Assembly: GCA_038998585.1 (NCBI GenBank)
Contig: JAVZGQ010000005.1
Coordinates: 1-56,493 of the forward strand
Length of the DNA: 56,493 nt
Origin: Candidatus Aenigmatarchaeota archaeon
GTDB lineage: Archaea > Aenigmatarchaeota > Aenigmatarchaeia > CG10238-14 > SCSR01
Reading direction: 5' to 3'
Shown here in pieces: positions 49,156 through 56,493 of this stretch. Made by a program: the position numbers and the translations under genes. The stretch's first letter is position 1, and every line of letters starts with the position of its first letter. The notes below the pieces were generated by a model that saw nothing but the letters and a program-made list of their open reading frames with translations, was not told the DNA's origin and did no database searches.

Positions 49156-49857
49156 TCAATTTTGAGCTTCAAAAAATTCATCAACACCTTTTTCTATTTC
49201 ATCAACAATTTTCTTCCAAACATCATTTTTCTTAAAAATAACATCCGGCTTTACAACTCTATAAATCTTGCAGTCTTCGCTAACCCTTTTTCCAACTTCT
49301 GTAACATATTCTATTGGATAAATTCTAGAATTGTCTGTAGTTATGATTTCATCTTCAATTGGATAAATCAGCACATTTCTCATTTTCTGAATTTTTGGAT
49401 CTAGTTTTTCTCCTTTATTCGCCACAATCAAATAAAGTTCAACACTTAATTCCTTCCAATAAAACCTCTTCCATTCTGGATTAAATTTTTTAACACCATT
49501 TTTTACATTATCAAAAACCATTTTTGAAGAAGATCCGCTTACAGCTTCATCAACAATTATCACAGCCTTATAGTTTCTTTCAGTATACAACTTTTTGAAC
49601 AAATGAGTTAAACTATTTTCTATAAACTTTTCTCTTTCTTCTAATATTGAAGTGGCTGGGAGGAAAACAACATCCGATTCGAAACTACCTAATTTTTTAT
49701 ACAATCCATAAGAAACGCCTTTATAAATTGGCAAACCCCCTCTCAGAGGAACTACAAAAAGAAGTTTTTCCATATCTTTATACGAATGAATTATATCATA
49801 GGCTATCTTACCACAAGCTCTTCCTATTTCACGAAGTTTTTTGTTTAATTCTTCCAT
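49156..49857 (-). CDS. Type I phosphoribosyltransferase-like protein
   Basis: VVPLRGG and PRPP-binding VIIVDEAVSGSS. Confidence 0.7.
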   Translation of the reverse strand: MEELNKKLREIGRACGKIAYDIIHSYKDMEKLLFVVPLRGGLPIYKGVSYGLYKKLGSFESDVVFLPATSILEEREKFIENSLTHLFKKLYTERNYKAVIIVDEAVSGSSSKMVFDNVKNGVKKFNPEWKRFYWKELSVELYLIVANKGEKLDPKIQKMRNVLIYPIEDEIITTDNSRIYPIEYVTEVGKRVSEDCKIYRVVKPDVIFKKNDVWKKIVDEIEKGVDEFFEAQN

Positions 49858-49936
49858 TTTTATCTAATAACTACTATATAGTGACAATTAAATAGAATTT
49901 CTATACTGTATTATATATTTTTAAAAAATTCTTTCA

Positions 49937-49976
49937 CACTACCACAAGATCAAGGAGCTTATCAAGACCTAACAAT
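49937..49976 (-). other. 3' arm of 23S pre-rRNA processing stem (BHB)
   Basis: Inverted repeat of 53322-53361. Forms a GUCA/UGAU central helix with CUA and AAG bulges. Confidence 0.9.
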
Positions 49977-50227
49977 CTCAGGCTTTTAGTAGGAGCAGGC
50001 TCGCCTCTCGCTCGAAAGCTTGAGGCTTACACCTCTCCCCTATCAAGCTTGTAGTCTACAAGGGCCTTCGTCTTACTACCGATTCTTGCGAACCAGCAGT
50101 AAGAATGGTCGTCTATTTTTCCGGGTGGTTTCGTCCTTAGATGCTTTCAGGACTTATCCACACATGGCTTGGCTGCCCGGCGATGCATGTACAACCGGTA
50201 GACCAGAGGCCACGGAAGGGCGTTCCT

Positions 50228-50264
50228 TTTACGTATATCCAGCAAATCCCTAAACTGGGTATAT
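50228..50264 (-). other. 23S BHB intron, 37 nt, after ~2661 (sarcin-ricin loop)
   Basis: Central helix UACG/CGUA, bulges AA|A and AA|A. Splicing gives AGUACGAAAGGAAC. Confidence 0.88.
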
Positions 50265-50329
50265 TTCGTACTCACCCTTCCTTCCGGTCAGACGACCAGC
50301 ACCTCATGTAGATAGCGACCGAACTGTCT

Positions 50330-50390
50330 TTGTCGTCATATCAAATGTACAGCCTTAGATTTCTTCAATTTTTAATACACTTGACATGAT
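50330..50390 (-). other. 23S BHB intron, 61 nt, after ~2597 (H93)
   Basis: GUCG/CGAC, bulges UG|A and AA|A, long intron stem. Splicing restores GUCGUGAGACAG. Confidence 0.9.
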
Positions 50391-50510
50391 CACGACGTTC
50401 TGAACTCAGCTAGCGTCCCCTTTTAACTAGTGGGCACCTATACCCTTGGCCGCTGCTGCACGGCCAGGAGAGGGGGAGCCAACATCGACGCACCAACGCG
50501 CCGGGTCAAT

Positions 50511-50578
50511 TTACCCGTGCGAAGGGCTCTTGTTCAGAACAAGGCCTCGCTATCTTTGGGATGAATCCCCTTCGAGCA
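50511..50578 (-). other. 23S BHB intron, 68 nt, after ~2477 (H89 loop)
   Basis: GCCC/GGGU, bulges AC|U and AA|A, stem CGAAGGG/CCCUUCG. Confidence 0.82.
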
Positions 50579-50750
50579 GTGGGCTTTCACCGGCCACGGG
50601 CCCATTATCCCCGAGGTAGCTTTTCTGATACCCCCGGCAGCCATTAAGACCAACCGAGGTATCGCTAACCCACGCTTTCGCGGCTGGATTCCTCGCTTTG
50701 CGGAATCCAGTCAGGCCAGCTTTTGCGTTTACACTCTACTCCGGATTTCT

Positions 50751-50838
50751 TGCGGGTGGTAGAGTCTATTCTCATCAGCTACCTCCGAAATCATCGAAAT
50801 CATTCTGGAACGGTTCAATCATTGCTAGTCTCTACCAT
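50751..50838 (-). other. 23S BHB intron, 88 nt, after ~2306 (H84), contains C/D-box motifs
   Basis: CGGG/CCCG, bulges UC|A and CA|A, stem UGGUAGAG/CUCUACCA. Confidence 0.9.
50775..50822 (-). ncRNA. Putative intron-encoded C/D box guide RNA
   Basis: AUGAUUGA - 11 nt - AUGA - UUU - CGAUGA - 12 nt - CUGA. The D guide pairs 11/12 with 23S 50608-50619. Confidence 0.72.
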
Positions 50839-51046
50839 GACCCGGATGAGCTGACCTTTGGGCACCCTCGATCCTTTACCGAGGGTGTACCGCCCCAGCC
50901 GAACTGCCCATCTGACGCTGTCCTCTTTCGAGTTAGCGGTAAGGTTGCGAAAGGGTAGTGTTACACTTTCCTCTCAGCTTTTGGCCGAAGCCTAAGCCTA
51001 TAGCGAGTCCTACCTACTCTATGCAGTCACAACCTTACCACAACAT

Positions 51047-51077
<31 letters not shown>

Positions 51078-51206
51078 TTTCCCACATGAGGTCTCCGGCC
51101 TATTCACCGGAAAGGCGAGTTCACTGGGTCCCAGCCCAGGACAGTGGGGAAGTCGTTAAGCCATTCAGACGGGCCGTCATTTAAACGGCAAGGGATTACG
51201 CTACTT

Positions 51207-51253
51207 ATACCGCCCAAGGCGGCGATCATCAAAATCATATGACCGCCTCAGGT
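51207..51253 (-). other. 23S BHB intron, 47 nt, after ~1927, with D'/C' motifs
   Basis: GUCG/CGGU, bulges UA|A and AU|A, stem CCUGAGGCGG/CCGCCUUGGG, loop AUGA-UUU-UGAUGA. Confidence 0.87.
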
Positions 51254-51471
51254 TACGACGGTCAGAGTTACCGCCGCCGCTCTGCGGGGCTTCTTCCCGT
51301 TGGACCGGGCTTTCACACACCGCAGCTGGGCAGGCATCAGAGACCGTACTCATCCTTTCGGACTTGCGGTCTCCAGCGTTTTTGTTAAACAGTCGCTTCC
51401 CCCTTGTCACTGCGACCTGCTCTCCCTTGCGAGAGAACAGGCACCCCTTCTAGCGAACATACGGGGCCAAT

Positions 51472-51526
51472 TTCGGTTGAGTAAAGATCTTACCCAATTT
51501 TATATAATTAATCGACCTTCACCCAT
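51472..51526 (-). other. 23S BHB intron, 55 nt, after ~1677
   Basis: CGGC/ACCG (1 mismatch), bulges AA|A and AA|A. Splicing restores CGGCAAAUUGG. Confidence 0.83.
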
Positions 51527-51589
51527 TTGCCGATTTCCCTAGACTGGGTTCTCCCAACACACCTTTGCCTTCTCGGCAAGCCTACCTGT

Positions 51590-51621
51590 TTCCCGGAAGT
51601 ATAGTTTAAACTTATACTTCT
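51590..51621 (-). other. 23S BHB intron, 32 nt, after ~1615
   Basis: ACCG/CGGG, bulges AC|A and AA|A, stem GAAGUAU/AUACUUC. Splicing restores AACCGACACAGG. Confidence 0.85.
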
Positions 51622-53321
51622 GTCGGTTCTCGGTACGGTCATGGGGAATCCTTCCAGTTTTCCTTTTCACGGGCTCCAGGAATCAGTAGAACTTCCCATA
51701 CGGGAAGCCATTCCTGTATTCATGAGCTTCTCCTCATTAAGAGACTCCACTCACTTCAACAGTTAGCTTACGTCCACCTATCCCGAAGCGTCAGAAAACT
51801 GGCTTGCGTTGCCGCACGTATCCCCATGGCAGTCGAATATTAACGACTTTCCCTTTCGAGTGCTTCGGTTAAGAACACCCTTAGGACCGGCTAACCGCCA
51901 GCTGATCAACATTGCTGGCAAACCCTTAGGCTTCAGGTGGTTAGGATTCTCGCCTAACTTTGCTGTTACTTTCGGCAGGATCTTCAATCCTACACGGTCC
52001 ACCCCTGCTCACACAGAGGCTTCTGTCCATGCAGGACGCCTCCCTACTACTGCTTTCGCAGTCTAGGGTATCGGTAGCTAGCTTAGTCCCTTCCATTTTC
52101 AGGGCCTAAACTCTCGGTAGGTAAGCTGTTACGCACTTATTATCTGATGGCTGCTTCTAAGCCTACAGCCCTACTGTCTGAGAGTTCAGACACCCTTCTT
52201 CGTTTAGCTAGCATTAGGGACCTTAACCCTAGGTTGGGTTGTTCCCCTTTCGAGTGTCGAGCTTACCCCAACACCCTCACTCCGGTCTTCTAAGGCGGCA
52301 ATAGATTCGGAGTTTGACAGGAAGGCTGAACCTTTCGGTCCTTGACCAACCAATCAGTAACTCTACCCTATTGCCTACCTCTGACCAGGCTGCACTGACA
52401 TGCATTTGGGGAGGAACCAGCTATCGCCAGGTTCGTTAGGCTTTTCACCACTAACCCCAGGTCACCCGAGCGAATTGTGACTCAGCACCGGTAGCAGACT
52501 TCCATCCCCCTTTCGAGGGACTTCGTCTTACCCAGGGTTAGATCACCTGGCTTCGGGTCTTGTCCCAGTGATTTCAGGCACTTTCATACCCCGCTCCTCG
52601 CTCTTGCGAGCTGCGAGCTTGTCGCTTTCGCTTAGGCTACCTTGCGAAAGCAAGTTAACCTCACCACTGAGACAAACTCCCTGCCCCGTGTTTCCGCACG
52701 GACGACACGACCCTGTAATCTTCCTCTCTTACTCTCCTTTCGGATTTCATTCGAGGAAGAACCTTTCAGGCCATGTCTGACTATCACCACTTGGTTTCAA
52801 GCTCTTTTCACCCCGCTTTCGCGGTACTTTTCAGCTTTGTGTCACCATACTAGTTCGCTATCGGACTTCGGGAGTGTTTAGAGTTGGATGTTAATCCACC
52901 CAGTTTCCCACTTCCTATCCAGGAAATGGTACTCAGGATACCTGCCATCTTCCTTCCAGCCTTCCCTTACGGGGCTATCACCCTCTAAGGCACAGCTTTC
53001 CAGCAGATTTCAGGTCAGCTGGTTAGGAGGGGCACAGGTCCTACAACTCCACATCCTGTTTGGCTCTTCGCCAACCAGTTCGGTTTGCCCTCTACCGCTT
53101 TCGGTCGCCCCTACTAACGGCATCTCGATTGATTTCTCTTCCTGCGCCTACTAAGATGCTTCAATTCAGCGCGTTCCCTCTCCTTTCGGAGTTGGCCGAG
53201 GCCAACGATTCGCATTGATAGATCCTGGGATCTAAACCTGCGTGCGGTTACCCCAGGCTTATCGCAGCTTGCCACGTACTTCTTCGGCTCCGAAGCCAAG
53301 CTATCCACCAAGTGGCATAGC

Positions 53322-53361
53322 ATTGTTAGGCCTTAGTGACCTCCTTGATCCTATGGTAGTG
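53322..53361 (-). other. 5' arm of 23S pre-rRNA processing stem (BHB)
   Basis: Complementary to 49937-49976. Confidence 0.9.
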
Positions 53362-53605
53362 TCATTAATATGGTTTCAAATAGACAGTTCGCTCTTCATC
53401 TTTTTTCAGGCGAAAAAATTTTATCATCAACCTCCACTCTTCACCCCTTACTTTTGATAAGGAGTTGCATGTAGCTTGCTCACAAGGTGTCCACATCCTC
53501 ATCTTCTATCAGCACAAAAGGACAAGCTCATCGCTAAATAAAAAAGCCGATGCTTTAATTAAGCGCACATACCGACACCGGCAAAATAATAAGTTGTATT
53601 TTATA

Positions 53606-53620
53606 TTTATAAAGATTTCG
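53606..53620 (-). promoter_or_regulatory. Putative BRE/TATA promoter for the 23S gene
   Basis: Minus strand CGAAATC-TTTATAAA, about 25 nt before a switch to a more GC-rich leader at ~53581. Confidence 0.55.
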
Positions 53621-54185
53621 AATTATTAATAATTTTATTAAATTTTTAAATTTTCTTATCGATCAGCAAATGAAGCAAAACCCCTAAAGACCCGAGAAAA
53701 AATGTTTATACAAATCATTTGGAGAAAAAAATTAGAAAGCTTACGATAAAAAGGAAAAAAGAAAATAATAGACAAAATATTTCGGTGAATGAAATTCCTT
53801 TTTCTTGTTTGTATAGATAAATCTAGATTTCTCAAAAACAAAATAGTAAATGTAAATTGGTCCAAACAAAAGAAGGAAAAGTTTATTAAAAATCGAAGAA
53901 TTTTTTCTTTTGAGTATTTCATTAGACTGTCAAAATCAGGAAGAAAACTCTCATAAACAAAAGGGATTGTTATAATAATTATAACTGGAAGAATTTCTAT
54001 TTAAAAAACAAATTGACCAAAATCAAAAAAGGTATTAATGGAAATGAAATTCTCTTAGAGATCCAAAGCGTGAAGGATAAATGTTCTTTAATTTCAAGCC
54101 AAAGTTTTTCAAACGAAAATTTCAAGAACTTTAATTCTCTTGGTAACTCAAGATCAAACGAGATGTTCAACCCACTTTTAATTTA

Positions 54186-54270
54186 TGGACCGGCCGGGAT
54201 TTGAACCCGGAGCCTCGGCTTTGCAAGAGCCGCGATCTTTCATGCAAAGGAACCATTGATCTACCGGCCC
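54186..54270 (-). tRNA. tRNA-Ala(UGC) with 13-nt D-loop intron at 20/21 (54239-54251)
   Basis: G3-U70 pair, anticodon loop CUUGCAA, T loop UUCAAAU. The insert UCCUUUGCAUGAA forms a relaxed BHB on the GAUC/GAUC D stem. Confidence 0.9.
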
Positions 54271-54518
54271 GTTTATAGTAATTATTTAAAATTATAAAAC
54301 TTTAAGCTATTTTTTTAGTATTATTTCTGTTTATATTTTCATCTATCTAGACAATTTTAATTTTATTAAAAATTAATAAACTCTTTTTACTAGAGAAATT
54401 CCTCTCTGAGGTGAAAATTCTTTTCAGGCAGGTTGTTAAAGGTGCCTGAGGTAGGGTCGCAATTATCTTAAGGAGGTGATCCAGCCGCACGTTCCCGTAC
54501 GGCTACCTTGTGGCGACT

Positions 54519-54632
54519 TTAGGCTCCAGGAAGGTCCATTTAAAGGCTAATCAACTCACCTCCAACTCATCATCAATTCAGAGTCAAACCAAACTTTCAT
54601 CTTTAGCCCTAATTTTCTAGGACCTCCAGGAT
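54519..54632 (-). other. 16S BHB intron, 114 nt, between A1492 and A1493, contains C/D-box RNA
   Basis: GGGC/GCCU, bulges UA|A and AA|A, stem UCC.GGAGGUCC/GGACCUUCC.GGA. Splicing restores GGGGCUAAGUCG. Confidence 0.88.
54545..54608 (-). ncRNA. Putative intron-encoded C/D box guide RNA
   Basis: Terminal stem GGCUAA/UUAGCC, C AGAUGA, D' CUGA, C' UGAUGA, D UUGA. D' guide pairs 10 bp with 16S 54697-54706. Confidence 0.8.
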
Positions 54633-54747
54633 TAGCCCCTCTCACAGAACTTCAACTCGACTTGCTCATCGCAAGCCTCGGTGAAGCTCCGCTCGATTGG
54701 CTTGACGGGCAGTGTGTGCAAGGAGCAGGGACTTATTCAGCGAACGA

Positions 54748-54803
54748 GTCCACATCAAAAAGCCGATTTAAAAAATCAATTTAGACTTTTCGGCTCTTTG
54801 ATT
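54748..54803 (-). other. 16S BHB intron, 56 nt, after ~1363
   Basis: Outer helix CGGACG/CGUUCG, central UCAU/GUGG, bulges CA|A and AC|U, 13-bp intron stem. Confidence 0.9.
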
Positions 54804-54848
54804 TGATGACGTCCGCTTACTAGGGATTCCGGCTTCACGAGGACGAGT

Positions 54849-54896
54849 TTGCTGGAGCACTAGCTTTAATAGTAAAAATTTATCTACTAGTACTCT
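54849..54896 (-). other. 16S BHB intron, 48 nt, after ~1318
   Basis: GCUG/CAGC, bulges UA|A and AA|A, stem GAGUACUAG/CUAGUGCUC. Confidence 0.9.
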
Positions 54897-55155
54897 TACA
54901 GCCCTCGATCTGAACTGGGCGCGCTTTTAGGGGATTCGCTTCCCCTTTCGGGGTTGCATCCCTTTGTGGCGCGCATTGTGCGTCGCGTGTGGCCCAGGAC
55001 ATTCGGGGCATACGGACCTACCGTCGCCCACTCCTTCCTCTGGCTTATCGCCAGCGGTCTCCCATGAGTGCACTCTCTCTGAAGAGAGGGTTAGCAACAT
55101 GGGATGTGGGTCTCGCTCGTTAACGCACTTAAGCGCACGCCTCACGGTACGAGCT

Positions 55156-55444
55156 TTATCGTCCTGCCAGCCTCCTTATAATTTCTATTTTAATATTTTT
55201 TAAAGATCATCAAGCTAACTACTCAATTTTTTGATAATTCTTTCTTTTTATTTTGCAAAACATATGAGAAACTTCTTAAATTCTAATTAACTCTTGAATA
55301 TATGTTCATCAGACCCGCTGAACTATTGTATAAACATACTTATCCATCATTTTGTTGAGTTTTTAGTTTTTTGTATTCAATCGAATCTAATTTACAGTAG
55401 AATCTAATTTATGTAGTTTTCTATGTTTTGGAGACTAACAGGAT
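55156..55444 (-). other. 16S BHB intron, 289 nt, after ~1066, AT-rich, no intact ORF
   Basis: AUCG/CGAU, bulges UC|A and AA|A, stem UCCUGUUAG..UCC/GGAGGCUGGCAGGA. Confidence 0.9.
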
Positions 55445-55454
55445 GACGATGGCC

Positions 55455-55513
55455 TTGTGCAGGAGTGTCACTCTTTAAAAATAACATGGGTTAACTTTAG
55501 AGCGACATTCCTT
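55455..55513 (-). other. 16S BHB intron, 59 nt, after ~1056
   Basis: GUGC/GCAC, bulges AU|A and AA|G, 14-bp intron stem. Confidence 0.9.
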
Positions 55514-55643
55514 ATGCACCACCTCTCGGCTTGTCTGGTAAGCCCTTCAGACTGACCCTCATCCTGCCGTCGGCCCTGGTAAGATTTCCGGGGTTGAATC
55601 TAATTGAACCGCAACGCCCACCCCTTGTGTGCTCCCCCGCCAA

Positions 55644-55761
55644 ATCGGGGAGAAGAGCATCCGTTTCAAAATTTTTAATTTTATCTACTAGCAATCATTT
55701 CTTATTCCCCAAAGTAGATTCTATCTGATTTAAAGTTAATTTTAGTTTCGGGCTCTTCTCT
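55644..55761 (-). other. 16S BHB intron, 118 nt, after ~919
   Basis: AGGG/CCCG, bulges AA|A and AU|U, stem GAGAAGAGC/GCUCUUCUC. Confidence 0.88.
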
Positions 55762-55772
55762 TTCCCTTAAGT

Positions 55773-55816
55773 TTGGTGTACAGGGAAAGCACAGCCAATT
55801 CTAGCCATCCCTGAAG
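55773..55816 (-). other. 16S BHB intron, 44 nt, after ~908
   Basis: GGUG/CACC, bulges AA|C and AA|A, stem CAGGGA/UCCCUG. Confidence 0.88.
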
Positions 55817-55927
55817 TTCACCCTTGCGGGCATACTCCCCAGGCGGCCCCCTTAACACCTACGCTCCGGCACTACAAGCTCCCGAGAAGCTTGCAACACC
55901 AAGGGGGCATCGTTTACGGCTAGGACT

Positions 55928-56008
55928 TTCCCGCACGAGTTAGGAAATCCTAGCTGGAAATTTGGGATTTTCTTCATATCTTTGATCAGAAGATACCCAA
56001 TCTCGTGT
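55928..56008 (-). other. 16S BHB intron, 81 nt, after ~801, with D'/C' motifs
   Basis: CCCG/CGGG, bulges GU|A and AA|A, stem CACGAG/CUCGUG. Confidence 0.9.
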
Positions 56009-56493
56009 ACCGGGGTATCTAATCCCGATCGCTCCCCTAGCTTTCGTCCCTCACCGTCAGACCTGTTCCAGGCAGGCGCCTTCGCCACAGGTGGTCCCCC
56101 TAGGATTACAGGATTTCACCCCTACCCTAGGAGTACCCCTGCCCCATCCCAGTCTCAAGTCTGGCAGTATCCTCAGCAAGCCCTCTAGTTTGCTAGAGGA
56201 TTTCACTGAGGACTTACCAAACCGGCTACGGACGCTTTAGGCCCAATAATCATGGCCACCACTTGGAGTGCGGGTATTACCGCGGTGGCTGGCACCCGTC
56301 TTACCCACTCCTTATTCGCCATCCCGTTTTCAGATGGCGAAAGCCCTTGCAGAGCAAGGGCACTCCGGCTTCCCTTTTCTCGCGTTAGCGAATTGAAAAG
56401 GTTTCTCGCCTGCTGCGTCTCGTAAGACCTGGACTCATGTCTCAGAGTCCATCTCCGGGCTCCTACTTCCATAGCCCGTACCCGTTATCGCCT

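Larger units (their letters stand above)
54470..56493 (-). rRNA. rrs: 16S rRNA (5' part outside window) with 8 BHB introns in the visible part
   Basis: Anti-SD GAUCACCUCCU, h44/h45, 530 loop, AUUAGAUACCC, AAACUUAA.GGAAUUGGCGGGGGAGCAC. Confidence 0.98.

Noticed and set aside
50071-50105. Long hairpin UCUUACUGCUGGUUC-GCAA-GAAUCGGUAGUAAGA as another intron
   Set aside because: It lies at variable helix 98, has a GNRA cap and no BHB bulges, so it is better read as an expansion helix.
52712-52770. Extra sequence in 23S domain I/II as intron
   Set aside because: Corresponds to variable helix 25; no BHB junction found.
53656-54204. ORFs in the rRNA spacer
   Set aside because: AT-rich, low-complexity and without motifs; cannot be supported as genes.

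Overview
Archaeal chromosomal segment, low GC outside the rRNA. Histone, TFB, aIF5A, GatDE, split Hef and a divergent rRNA point to a DPANN lineage, possibly Aenigmarchaeota-like (inference). Left end: a giant surface-protein gene (>2500 aa, minus strand, running off the window and absent from the ORF track) with an N-terminal winged HTH, one TM helix and a Hint domain that ends Asn-Leu. Middle: housekeeping and DNA-repair genes, tRNA-Ser, and a cluster of unknown genes with a TIM-barrel protein and two MNT-HEPN fusions. Right end: a small accessory block, then a minus-strand 16S(partial)-tRNA-Ala-23S locus interrupted by 15 short ORF-less introns (8 in 16S, 7 in 23S), each with bulge-helix-bulge (BHB) junction geometry. 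They sit in core functional sites, including between A1492/A1493 and in the sarcin-ricin loop. Main finding: at least four, possibly five, of these introns carry C/D-box motifs with guides complementary to the host rRNA (predicted 2'-O-methyl targets 16S A1408 and U793, 23S C1920 and C2441), suggesting rRNA introns that guide modification of their own rRNA. The decoding centre and PTC also carry substitutions at near-universal positions. All E. coli numbering and base pairing were derived by hand.
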